A stretch of DNA of 64,000 bases from Nitrosopumilaceae archaeon (lineage in GTDB: Archaea > Thermoproteota > Nitrososphaeria > Nitrososphaerales > Nitrosopumilaceae), in contig JBQTHX010000030.1 of the NCBI GenBank assembly GCA_052389415.1, positions 32,001 to 96,000 on the forward strand. The letters run 5' to 3'. The position numbers and the translations under genes were made by a program. Below are positions 7,716-17,185 of this stretch, piece by piece. The notes below the pieces were generated by a model. That model was given only the letters and a program-made list of their open reading frames with translations. It did not search any database and was not told where the DNA came from. The first letter of the stretch is position 1; every line of letters begins with the position of its first letter.

Positions 7716-8399
7716 ATGAATAACAAAGCAAAGGCTGGAATAATTATTTTGATCTCTGCAGCAGTCGCAGGCTTAGTTTATCCGGTGTTGATAGGATTAC
7801 CGGGACAAGATGAAAATGTAATTCCAAGGGAGGCAAGTAAATGGCATGTCGGTAAGGGTTCAGAATACGGTCCTATTATGGTTTATGATATCACAACAAA
7901 GGAAGGAAACAATTTTTCAACTAAAATTGAATTTTTCAATGACGCATCAAAGAAACAAATGATCTTTGTAGAAATTAATGATATTTCAACTGGGAAAAAA
8001 ATCGAACAAAATACTTCTCTTAGCAGCGCTTACACTTTTGGTGAGGTATCAAACGAGGCTACTCCATACTTTCGAGATCTTGACAAGACAATATTTTCTT
8101 TCAGAGACATTGCCCTTGATGAAAAATATCTTATCAAAAAAGCAGTCTGGGATACTGTTTTCATTGGCGCATCAACTATAGAACTCACTGTTACGGAACA
8201 CGAGAAGACTACATTTAGATTTGGTTCTGTCGATGCCTTCATACTATCCTATACGATAGGAAATAATGAAAATAAATTCTGGATTGTTGATAATCTACCT
8301 CTACCGGTAAAAGCAGAAGTATATGATATAGAAAGCAACTTGGAATATTCCTATGAACTTACTTCTCTTTCCGCACCACTCACACCTGGATTTAGCTGA
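7716..8399 (+). CDS. Membrane-anchored/secreted protein, paralogous to the N-terminal domain of the upstream cupredoxin protein
   Basis: N-terminal TM; 'WHVGKG...FWIVDNLPLPVKAEVYD...YSYEL' parallels 'WYAGEG...IWVKDDFPFPIKALTFVD...FQFEL'. Confidence 0.8.
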   Translation: MNNKAKAGIIILISAAVAGLVYPVLIGLPGQDENVIPREASKWHVGKGSEYGPIMVYDITTKEGNNFSTKIEFFNDASKKQMIFVEINDISTGKKIEQNTSLSSAYTFGEVSNEATPYFRDLDKTIFSFRDIALDEKYLIKKAVWDTVFIGASTIELTVTEHEKTTFRFGSVDAFILSYTIGNNENKFWIVDNLPLPVKAEVYDIESNLEYSYELTSLSAPLTPGFS

Positions 8400-8857
8400 T
8401 AACAATTAATCAAAAGCCAATCACAAAACTCTGTAACTTTACTATCAAATTTGCACCATATATGCAAAGAATGAGGTAGAATGTCTATCCTTCCAGAATC
8501 CAAAAAGACCTTCACTCCCTCTTTTCCTTCATACATATAAGCGTCTTCGACTTTTACGTCACCAAAAAACTCCCTTGCTTTTGATTTTATTATTTCCCTT
8601 TCAATTGGGAACACTTTTCGTGTCATATCTATGATCATACTAATATCCTGAGTTCCATACGATTCATAGTCTTCAATTTTACCAATTTTTGGAAAGTTTA
8701 GAATTAACGAGAGTTTGTATTTTTTTCCAATCTTTGTAGCAATTTCATTCATCGTTGTAAAAGCAATTGCTGGTGATTTCATAAGTAAAAATCTAATTTG
8801 TGCCAGGTTTGATTTTAGTTCTCTTTGCACTTCTTTTACGATCACATCAAAGATCAT
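8351..8857 (-). CDS. Hypothetical protein
   Basis: 168-aa ORF with ATG start and TATA-like element upstream; no recognised motif. Confidence 0.7.
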   Translation of the reverse strand: MIFDVIVKEVQRELKSNLAQIRFLLMKSPAIAFTTMNEIATKIGKKYKLSLILNFPKIGKIEDYESYGTQDISMIIDMTRKVFPIEREIIKSKAREFFGDVKVEDAYMYEGKEGVKVFLDSGRIDILPHSLHIWCKFDSKVTEFCDWLLINCYQLNPGVSGAEREVSS

Positions 8858-8927
8858 TGTCTTAAATTAGAATTTTATAATATATCTATTAGGTTATCTT
8901 TTTTACTAACTGACAAATAATTAGCCT

Positions 8928-9572
8928 GTGCTTCCTCTTGACAATAACGGTGTCCCGTACGACGAGAGCTCAGAAAGAACCGATAATGTAGATGACTATA
9001 AAATTACATGCATGCAATTCATAAAAGACATTAGTAATGACTATCTAGCTTGGGTAGATTATTATGAACTTCCTTCAGATGAAGATAAAAGACGTCGTGA
9101 AAGAATTTTTGCAATAGTAGAAAGAACAAACAATTGGATTGCTAAAGTTGCTACTACGATAAAAGGAGTTGATGTAGTAATGAATGATGGAATACAAAAG
9201 ATGGCCGAAAGTACTGCTGGTTATCCATTTCAAATTGGTGTCTTTGTAAATAGTAATTCCGGATATGCCATGGCAAAACCACAAATGATTGAAATAAATG
9301 TAAAATCCGTAGGTCGAGAAGGACGCAAGGTGAAACTTGGTTGGCATCAAAAGGACAATCGTTTTCTGATTAACACGACAGGAAAAGATGTTAAAATAGA
9401 TGAATCACCCCTTTCTGACATTGAATTTGATTTTCTTGACCTTACTCTCCAAATGAATGCTCTTGGATGTCAACCACGTGATTTGATATCTTTTACACTA
9501 ATAGTCTCGGAAACCATGGAAGGGCAAGAAGTTGAAAGACGTGGCATGACAACAATTATTCACTTAACTTAA
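8928..9572 (+). CDS. Hypothetical protein
   Basis: 214-aa ORF filling the gap, natural composition, no recognised motif. Confidence 0.75.
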   Translation: MLPLDNNGVPYDESSERTDNVDDYKITCMQFIKDISNDYLAWVDYYELPSDEDKRRRERIFAIVERTNNWIAKVATTIKGVDVVMNDGIQKMAESTAGYPFQIGVFVNSNSGYAMAKPQMIEINVKSVGREGRKVKLGWHQKDNRFLINTTGKDVKIDESPLSDIEFDFLDLTLQMNALGCQPRDLISFTLIVSETMEGQEVERRGMTTIIHLT

Positions 9573-9873
9573 CCTGCAGTACAATCCTAGATTCATCTGC
9601 TCTTTTATCGGAGTATTTTAAACTAGATATTTTTTGTACAATGTTTTCGTCACAGACAATCGATGCTTTTCCAGTATTTCTTTTATTATTGTGTTCGATT
9701 ATTACATCAGGATCCGAAATAGCATTTTTCAACCAATCGCTATTTGGATTTCTTCGCGAAAAATAAATCATTTTGTTGTAAAATACTGCTCTCAACTCAA
9801 CTGCGTGTGGTTTCCCAGTCTTTCTTCCTTTTGTTATTAATATTGCCTTGAAAACTTGGTCTTCATGACTCAT
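9556..9873 (-). CDS. Deazaflavin (F420)-dependent nitroreductase/DDN-like split-barrel protein
   Basis: 'LITKGRKTGKPH', 'SDWLKNAISDPDV'; start moved to MSHEDQ (9873) to avoid overlap with the divergent gene. Confidence 0.8.
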   Translation of the reverse strand: MSHEDQVFKAILITKGRKTGKPHAVELRAVFYNKMIYFSRRNPNSDWLKNAISDPDVIIEHNNKRNTGKASIVCDENIVQKISSLKYSDKRADESRIVLQVKLSE

Positions 9874-9961
9874 GACCATTTCTGTTGTTTTAAATAATTT
9901 AACCCCTTGGATTGAAAACACTGATACCTTATTCCATAAACCAAAAGCTAAATTCGGATAT

Positions 9962-10405
9962 ATGGCAACAAGACTTAAAGAAGTCAAAAACTTGATTTCG
10001 GCTGACGAGTTTTCTGGAAAAACTGTGATCGATAGAGAGGGGATTCAATACGGAAGACTAAAACACATACATATAAACCAGAACACTCTCGAAGTAACAG
10101 GAATAACTGTTAGTGCAGGATTTCATAAAGACTATGATCTGTCAAGAGATTATATTGACAGATTCACCGATGAGTCAGTTCTACTTTCTACTCCACCAAT
10201 AAGATGTGATATTCCTGTGGTGGATATTGATGGAAAAAAAATTGGTAAAGTAAAGAAATTGCATCATGATCCTGATACAAACGAGCTATTATCAATCGAA
10301 GTCACTGAAGGACTCTTTGGCAAACAAATGTTTCCCAAAAGCGAGATTTGGGGAATAGGTGAAAAAGTTATTTTACGACTCACGAAAGAAGAGTACAAAG
10401 AGTAA
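9962..10405 (+). CDS. Tandem PRC-barrel domain protein
   Basis: Two repeats 'GKTVIDREGIQYGRLKHIHI' and 'DIPVVDIDGKKIGKVKKLHHD'; start moved to MATRLK (9962). Confidence 0.85.
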   Translation: MATRLKEVKNLISADEFSGKTVIDREGIQYGRLKHIHINQNTLEVTGITVSAGFHKDYDLSRDYIDRFTDESVLLSTPPIRCDIPVVDIDGKKIGKVKKLHHDPDTNELLSIEVTEGLFGKQMFPKSEIWGIGEKVILRLTKEEYKE

Positions 10406-10458
10406 ATTCATTTTTTATTCTGTTAACAATTAATAATACAAAAAATTCTCTTTTCTCA

Positions 10459-11460
10459 ATGTATGCGATAGAAACTAATTCTCTTTCTAAGACTTATGAT
10501 AGTGGACTTAAAGCAGTGGATGACATTTCTATTAAAGTAGATAGCGGAGAAATTTTCGGTTTTTTGGGTCCAAACGGAGCAGGAAAAAGCACAACTATAA
10601 TGATCTTGACAACATTACTCAAACCCACCTCAGGAATTGCGCAAGTTGCTGGTTTTGATGTAGTATTACACGCAAAAAAAGTGAGAGAACTGATTGGCTA
10701 TGTACAACAGGATTCTACAGTTGACGAATATCTTACTGGTAGAGAAAATCTTGAGATGCAAGCTAGACTAAATCATATTCAAAAGGATCTCATAAAAAAT
10801 AGAATAAATGAAATTCTTGATCTTGTAGAATTATCAGATCGACAACATGACTCAGTAAATACCTATTCTGGTGGTATGAGAAAAAGACTTGACATTGCTG
10901 GTGGATTATTGCACAGGCCCAAAGTTCTCTTTTTAGATGAACCAACGTTAGGATTAGACATACAAACAAGATACAAAATTTGGGAATATATCAAAAAGAT
11001 TCACAAAGAATACGAGATGTCTATATTTCTTACAACTCATTATATGGAAGAAGCAGACAGGCTTTGCGATAATATATCTATAGTAGACCATGGAAAAATC
11101 AAAGTCACTAATTCACCCGTTTCTCTGAAAAACGCGCTTGGTAATGATGTCATCGTATTTGAGGTGGATTCTATTGACAAATTACAAAATCTAATCTCTG
11201 AGGTTCAGGGATTCCAACTAATAAAGAACATAAATACAAATGGAAAAGAACTAACTATTTTTTCTACAAATGGTAATCAAGTAATGCCTAAAATATTCGA
11301 GATCTCTTCGAGAATTGGAATAAAGATAGAATCAATCTCTCTTACAAAACCAACGCTTGACGACGTCTTTCTTTCATATACTGGTAGAGAACTTCGCGAC
11401 GAAAATGGAAGCTACAATAGGAAAAAAGAACGTGAAAAAATGAGAAGGCTTAGAGCATGA
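10459..11460 (+). CDS. ABC transporter ATP-binding protein (DrrA-like)
   Basis: Walker A GPNGAGKS, signature YSGGM, Walker B LFLDEP, TTHYMEEA. Confidence 0.96.
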   Translation: MYAIETNSLSKTYDSGLKAVDDISIKVDSGEIFGFLGPNGAGKSTTIMILTTLLKPTSGIAQVAGFDVVLHAKKVRELIGYVQQDSTVDEYLTGRENLEMQARLNHIQKDLIKNRINEILDLVELSDRQHDSVNTYSGGMRKRLDIAGGLLHRPKVLFLDEPTLGLDIQTRYKIWEYIKKIHKEYEMSIFLTTHYMEEADRLCDNISIVDHGKIKVTNSPVSLKNALGNDVIVFEVDSIDKLQNLISEVQGFQLIKNINTNGKELTIFSTNGNQVMPKIFEISSRIGIKIESISLTKPTLDDVFLSYTGRELRDENGSYNRKKEREKMRRLRA

Positions 11461-12233
11461 TTGCAGCAGATACATACACAATTTTTTGGAGGGAGATGAA
11501 AAGATACAGAAAGTCACGAAGTGGAGTTTTAATTAGACTTATCCAACCTGCAATTTGGATAATAGTTATTGGAAATACTTTTGCAGGTACACAACCGCTG
11601 ATAAAATCCGTAGGTTATGATCTATCATATATCGAATTTATGACACCAGGTGTCATAATTCTTACTGCAATTTTCACCAGCATATTTGGTGGTGTAAATA
11701 CTCTTTGGGATAGAAGATATGGGTTCATGAACAAAGCTTTGACATCACCGATTTCTAGATCGTCAATAGCACTTGGTAAGATGTTGGCAATTTCCTTGAT
11801 TTCAACATTACAGGCAAGCCTGATCCTAGGAATTGCGCTTGCAATTGGGGTAAGTTTTGTTAATCCATTGATGATTATTCCAATAATGATGATTGTAATC
11901 CTTTTTTCACTTGGCTTTTCTGGAATTTCAGTTGTGATAGCAGCTACGGCAAAATCGCAGGAAACATTTTGGGGAATAGTTAATTTTCTTGGCATGCCAC
12001 TTTTTATGCTCAGTCCTGCACTTTTTCCACTAGAGCTTGTTCCAGAATGGTTGGCAATAGCTGCAAAATTAAATCCAGTTACATATTCTGTATTGTTGAT
12101 TAGAGGCATGATGACTGGCATCACCCAATCGGTATCGGTGGCTGTAGAACTTGGCATAATCTCTGGTTTTGTAATTGTAATGGTAGCCTTGGCAAGCTAT
12201 GTATTTACAAGAGAAGTCAACAAACCCTTCTAA
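11457..12233 (+). CDS. ABC-2 type transporter permease (DrrB-like)
   Basis: Six TM helices; 'YIEFMTPG', 'LNPVTY'; ATGA overlap with the ATPase. Confidence 0.94.
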   Translation: MIAADTYTIFWREMKRYRKSRSGVLIRLIQPAIWIIVIGNTFAGTQPLIKSVGYDLSYIEFMTPGVIILTAIFTSIFGGVNTLWDRRYGFMNKALTSPISRSSIALGKMLAISLISTLQASLILGIALAIGVSFVNPLMIIPIMMIVILFSLGFSGISVVIAATAKSQETFWGIVNFLGMPLFMLSPALFPLELVPEWLAIAAKLNPVTYSVLLIRGMMTGITQSVSVAVELGIISGFVIVMVALASYVFTREVNKPF

Positions 12234-12309
12234 ACCAACCAAAAATTGACAAAAACCCAAACAATTCCTAACTCCTGAGATCTTTTTGGTATTTTGGAAT
12301 CAATGTTAG

Positions 12310-15300
12310 TTGAGTAGGATTTCATTGATTGTATTTGAGGCCATAATTTGCCTAGGATTCAGTATGATTGTACAAAATGTCACGGCTGAAACGGCTCCTT
12401 CTTATGAAAAACAGTGGGGTTCAGAAGGATTGCAGAAAACCGGTCTTTTTGCATTTCCACAGGATCTGGCAGTGGATTCTGCAGATAATATTTACGTAAC
12501 TGATTATGGAAACAGAAGAATACAAAAGTTTGATAACGATGGTAACTTTTTACAGACTTGGGGAGTAAAGGGATCAGGAAACGGACAGTTTCAGGTACCC
12601 TCTGGAATTGCGATAGGAAATGATTTTGTTTATGTTGTTGACAATGAGCTGAATCGAGTTCAAAAATTTGATACATCTGGAAAATACATAACACAATGGG
12701 GTAGTAAGGGCTCCAAATCTGGTCAATTCCTATTACCGCAAAACATAGCAGCTGATGCCAACGGCAATGTGTATGTTGCGGACACTGGAAACAGCAGAAT
12801 ACAAAAATTTTCAGCGGATGGGAAATTTTTACTTTCATTGGGAAGTAGTGGAGTTGAAAACGGGAAATTTCTTAATCCACGTGGGGTAGCTACAGATTCA
12901 CAAGGGAACATATACGTTGCTGACTCTGGTAATAATAGAATACAGAAATTTACATCTGATGGAGTTTTCATCAAAAATTTTGATGAATCATCTGGTAACA
13001 GCTTAAGATATCCACAGGGATTAGATGTCGATTCTTCTGGTAATATCTATGTGGTGGACACTGGAAATAATAGAATTGTAAAAATCGATAGAAATGGGGA
13101 TTCTATTGTATCATGGGGAAGTCAAGGAAAAACCAATGGGAACTTTAACAATCCCAAAGATGTTGTTATCGATTCAACTGGAAATGTGTTTGTTGTAGAT
13201 AGCAGCAATCATAGAATTCAGAAATTTTCTAAAACCATGCATCAGGAAAGTCAAACTTCATTAGATCAGGCGCCGCCAGTCAAATTATCGCCTTTACGAA
13301 ACGATAGGACAAATCCAGTTATCACTTCTCCATCTGATATTAAGGTCGAAGCAAATGGAATTTTAAGCTCTGTTTCTATAGGACAAGCAACAGCAACTGA
13401 TTCTAGTGGAATAGCATCACTTGTAAACAATGCTCCAGAAAAATTCCCTCTTGGTTCCACTGTTGTAACTTGGACAGCAACTGATGCGTCTGGAAATATT
13501 GCCAAAGCAACGCAAACTGTGACTGTAATTGATACTACTTCGCCCGTTATAGCTGCTCCACCTTCTGTCATTATTGAAGCAACTAATCCAGACAGTAATT
13601 TTGTAGATCTAGGGCTTCCATCTACATCAGACACTGTTGGTGTTGCACTAGTCAAAAATGACGCTCCATCAGTCTTTAAAATTGGAGACACCATAGTAAC
13701 TTGGACAGCAACTGATGCAGCTGGTAATAGTGCAAGTTCTAAACAAGTTATCACAGTGCAAGATACTACCAGACCAAAGATAGATGCACCAAATGATATT
13801 AGTTTAGAAGCAACAAGTATTTCTGATAACAATGTAATTTTGGGAGATGCTACTGTAACTGATAATGGTGAAATTCAATCCATCACAAATGACGCTCCTA
13901 CCACATTCCCAATTGGTACTACCATAGTTACCTGGACATCTACTGACGCATCTGGAAATGTCGCAACAGATACGCAAAACGTCGAAATTATTGATACTAC
14001 TGCACCAACCATAACTTCGCCAGATGATGTTGTCTTTGAAGCAGTTTCACCTATAGATAACGAAGTATCTATAGGACAAGCAATTGCAGTTGATATACAG
14101 CCTGTAACAATTACAAACGACGCACCATCTACTTTCCCACTTGGTGAAACAATCGTAACTTGGACTGCCACAGATCCTGAAGGTAATTGGTCTACTGCAT
14201 CACAAAAAATAATTGTAGTCGATACTACTTCACCAACTCTTGTTTTGCCACCAGATGTTACTTCAGAGGCTTTAAGTTCTGATCATAATATTGTTTCAAT
14301 AGGAGAGGCATCTGCACAAGATGTCATTGGAATTTCATCTATCATAAATAACTCGCCTCCAGACTTTCCTTTTGGTAAGTCTATTGTGACATGGATTGCA
14401 ACAGATACTTCTGGAAATTCAATTTCTGCAAATCAAACAATAACAATAGTTGATACAATTGCACCAGATCTCAAACCTCCACAGGATGTTATTGCAGAGG
14501 CAACAGATCCAACGTCTAATATAGTACCGATAGGGGATGCTACGGTATCGGATATTATAGCTATAGGTTCTGTTACAAACGATGCCCCCGATTCATTCCC
14601 AATAGGTCTAACCACAGTAACTTGGACTGCTACTGATACTTCAGGAAATACTGCTAGTTCTACCCAATCAGTTACGGTGCAGGATACAACAAATCCAATT
14701 ATTACGACACCAGAAGATATTATCACAGAAGCAAATAATCCATCAAATAATACAATTTTCATTGGAGAAGCAAGTGCTACTGATGCCATAGGAATATCTT
14801 CAATTACAAACGACGCACCATCTACTTTCCCACTTGGTGAAACTATCGTAACTTGGACTGCTGTAGATAATTATGGTAATTTTGCTAGCGCAATACAAAA
14901 AATAACAGTGATTGATACTACTGCCCCCACCATAACTCCACCAGATGATGTTGTCTTTGAAGCAGTGTCACAAACAGAAAATATTGTTTCTATTGGAATG
15001 GCCAATGCAATTGATCTGATTGATCCCAATCCTGTAATTACAAACGACGCATCATCAACATTCCCACTTGGTGAAACTATCGTAACTTGGACTGCTATGG
15101 ATATTGCTGGTAATAGTGTAACAACAACACAAAAAATTTCGGTAGTAGATACTACAAATCCAACCATAGTCAGCCCAGATGATATTGAAGCAGAAGCAAC
15201 TTCTGCAACTGAGAATACACTAACATTAGGTCAAGCAACGGCTGCAGATTTTGTAGGAATTAAAACAATTACAAACGACGCACCATCTACTTTCCCACTT

Positions 15301-17130
15301 GGTGAAACAATTGTAACTTGGACTGCTATGGATACAAGTGATCATGTTGCCACTGCAATACAAAAAGTGACAATAAAAGACACAACACCACCAATTCTAA
15401 TAGCTCCTGATGATATTACTACTGAGGCCACCAATGAATCATCAAACGTTGTAAATATGGGTGAAGCCAAAGCATCAGATCTGGTTGGAATTCAATCAAT
15501 TACAAACGATGCCCCAGATGCATTTCCGCTTGGCTTGACAACTGTTACATGGACAGCAACTGATCTCTCAGGACTTTCATATTCTGCTATTCAAAAAATT
15601 ACTGTTGTTGATACTATTGCTCCAACATTAACAATTCCTTCTGACATTGTAGTAGAAGCAGCATCTGCAACAAACAACTCTGTTGAATTAGGGGAAGCAA
15701 CTGCAAATGATTTACTAAAAATCTCATCCATAACAAATGATGCACCATCAACATTCCCACTTGGTGAAACAATCGTAACTTGGACTGCTACGGATCAATC
15801 AGGCAATTCTGCAACTGCTATACAAAAAGTGAGTGTGGTAGATACAACTGCGCCTTCAATAACAACACCCATAGACATAACAATAGAAGCATCATCACCA
15901 GACAACAATTTCATATCTATTGGTGATGCAAAAGCTGATGATAATGTCGGAGTGACCACAATTTCAAGCGATGCTCCAAATGTATTTGCTGTAGGTAAAA
16001 CCATTGTAACATGGACAGCAGCTGACGGCGCTGGTAATATATCCAAAGCAACGCAAACTGTGACTGTCATTGATACCACAAAACCATCCATTTTGTCACC
16101 AGAAGATCTTGTCATTGAAGCAGTAGATCCAATTCAAAACGTTGTGTCTCTAGATAATGCCACTGCATCAGATGCTGTTGGTGTAGTTTCTATCTCAAAC
16201 GATGCCCCAGACACATTTGCCTTTGGTAAGACGGTAGTAACTTGGACGGCAACTGACGCAGCCGGGAATTCAGCAAGTGATACGCAAACAATCACTGTAG
16301 TTGATACAACTTCTCCAAAAGTAAATGCCCCTGAAGATGTTAAAGCAGAGGCTTCATCACTATCAAATAATGTGTTATCTATTGGTACCGCAACAGCAAA
16401 GGACATTATGGGAATATCTGCAATTACCAATGACGCTCCAGACTCTTTCCCATTTGGTGAAACAGTTGTGACCTGGACTGCGACTGACACATCTGGCAAT
16501 TCTGCAACTGCTACACAGAAAGTAATAATAACAGACACAACTGGACCAAAACTTACAGCTCCAGACAATGTTGTAGCAGACGCAACTTCTGTAGAAACGA
16601 CTGTCTCAATTGGAGATGCACTTGCGATAGATATCATTGATCCCAATCCTGTAATTACAAACAACGCACCATCAACATTCCCACTTGGTGAAACTATCGT
16701 AACTTGGACTGCTACCGATCAGTTTGGCAATTCTGAAATTACTACACAGATAATCAATGTTCAAGCATGTGGCAGGATAGCATCATCATATAATTTGATA
16801 ATTGGTGGACAAAATGGAGATATATTATCAGGAACAAATCTAGCGGATTTGATATTTGGACTAGCAGGTGCTGATATCGTTACTGGAGAAGAAGGTGATG
16901 ATTGCATTCTTGCAGGTGACGGAGATGACATTGTGTTTGGTAATGATGGTGATGATACGGTTTCTGGTGATAATGGAAATGATATAATCAGAGGTGGATC
17001 TGGAGAAGATAAGTTAAACGGCAATTCTGGATTTGACATTATAGATGGTGGTGACGACCATGATTCCTGTAACACGATAGAGAATACAAGCGATGACATA
17101 GTAACAAAATGTGAATCAGGTAACCTTTGA
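12310..17130 (+). CDS. Giant secreted adhesin-like protein: 6 NHL blades, 15 HYR/Ig-like repeats and a C-terminal RTX-type Ca-binding region
   Basis: Signal peptide; six 'F..P.GIAVD..GNVYV.D.GN.RIQKF' repeats; fifteen ~77-aa 'DTT.P.I..P.D....G.T.VTWTATD..GN' repeats; about ten GxxGxD nonapeptides. Confidence 0.92.
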   Translation: MSRISLIVFEAIICLGFSMIVQNVTAETAPSYEKQWGSEGLQKTGLFAFPQDLAVDSADNIYVTDYGNRRIQKFDNDGNFLQTWGVKGSGNGQFQVPSGIAIGNDFVYVVDNELNRVQKFDTSGKYITQWGSKGSKSGQFLLPQNIAADANGNVYVADTGNSRIQKFSADGKFLLSLGSSGVENGKFLNPRGVATDSQGNIYVADSGNNRIQKFTSDGVFIKNFDESSGNSLRYPQGLDVDSSGNIYVVDTGNNRIVKIDRNGDSIVSWGSQGKTNGNFNNPKDVVIDSTGNVFVVDSSNHRIQKFSKTMHQESQTSLDQAPPVKLSPLRNDRTNPVITSPSDIKVEANGILSSVSIGQATATDSSGIASLVNNAPEKFPLGSTVVTWTATDASGNIAKATQTVTVIDTTSPVIAAPPSVIIEATNPDSNFVDLGLPSTSDTVGVALVKNDAPSVFKIGDTIVTWTATDAAGNSASSKQVITVQDTTRPKIDAPNDISLEATSISDNNVILGDATVTDNGEIQSITNDAPTTFPIGTTIVTWTSTDASGNVATDTQNVEIIDTTAPTITSPDDVVFEAVSPIDNEVSIGQAIAVDIQPVTITNDAPSTFPLGETIVTWTATDPEGNWSTASQKIIVVDTTSPTLVLPPDVTSEALSSDHNIVSIGEASAQDVIGISSIINNSPPDFPFGKSIVTWIATDTSGNSISANQTITIVDTIAPDLKPPQDVIAEATDPTSNIVPIGDATVSDIIAIGSVTNDAPDSFPIGLTTVTWTATDTSGNTASSTQSVTVQDTTNPIITTPEDIITEANNPSNNTIFIGEASATDAIGISSITNDAPSTFPLGETIVTWTAVDNYGNFASAIQKITVIDTTAPTITPPDDVVFEAVSQTENIVSIGMANAIDLIDPNPVITNDASSTFPLGETIVTWTAMDIAGNSVTTTQKISVVDTTNPTIVSPDDIEAEATSATENTLTLGQATAADFVGIKTITNDAPSTFPLGETIVTWTAMDTSDHVATAIQKVTIKDTTPPILIAPDDITTEATNESSNVVNMGEAKASDLVGIQSITNDAPDAFPLGLTTVTWTATDLSGLSYSAIQKITVVDTIAPTLTIPSDIVVEAASATNNSVELGEATANDLLKISSITNDAPSTFPLGETIVTWTATDQSGNSATAIQKVSVVDTTAPSITTPIDITIEASSPDNNFISIGDAKADDNVGVTTISSDAPNVFAVGKTIVTWTAADGAGNISKATQTVTVIDTTKPSILSPEDLVIEAVDPIQNVVSLDNATASDAVGVVSISNDAPDTFAFGKTVVTWTATDAAGNSASDTQTITVVDTTSPKVNAPEDVKAEASSLSNNVLSIGTATAKDIMGISAITNDAPDSFPFGETVVTWTATDTSGNSATATQKVIITDTTGPKLTAPDNVVADATSVETTVSIGDALAIDIIDPNPVITNNAPSTFPLGETIVTWTATDQFGNSEITTQIINVQACGRIASSYNLIIGGQNGDILSGTNLADLIFGLAGADIVTGEEGDDCILAGDGDDIVFGNDGDDTVSGDNGNDIIRGGSGEDKLNGNSGFDIIDGGDDHDSCNTIENTSDDIVTKCESGNL
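14110..16712 (+). repeat. Six near-identical ~59-nt intragenic repeats within the HYR array
   Basis: Copies start at 14110, 14803, 15037, 15268, 15730 and 16654; consensus attacaaacgacgcaccatctactttcccacttggtgaaac(a/t)atcgtaacttggactgc. Confidence 0.9.
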
Positions 17131-17185
17131 TCCAAAAAGTTATTCCGATCTGATTATAATATTCTAGCATAGATTATAATAATAT

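Noticed and set aside
9874-9987. Apparent head-to-head overlap of the DDN-like and PRC-barrel ORFs
   Set aside because: Disappears with starts at 9873 and 9962, leaving a normal divergent promoter gap
14110-16712. Regularly spaced DNA repeats as a possible CRISPR array or DGR template/variable repeats
   Set aside because: They are in-frame parts of ~231-nt protein repeats; no cas genes or reverse transcriptase; differences are not adenine-specific
13266-17135. Series of long minus-strand ORFs (98-188 aa) repeating 'VAVQVT'
   Set aside because: Antisense shadows of the Thr/Asp/Ala-rich HYR repeats; no independent coding signal
17152-17180. Twice-repeated palindromic ATTATAAT before hemL
   Set aside because: Pure A/T and TATA-like; expected by chance or simply promoter sequence in this AT-rich genome
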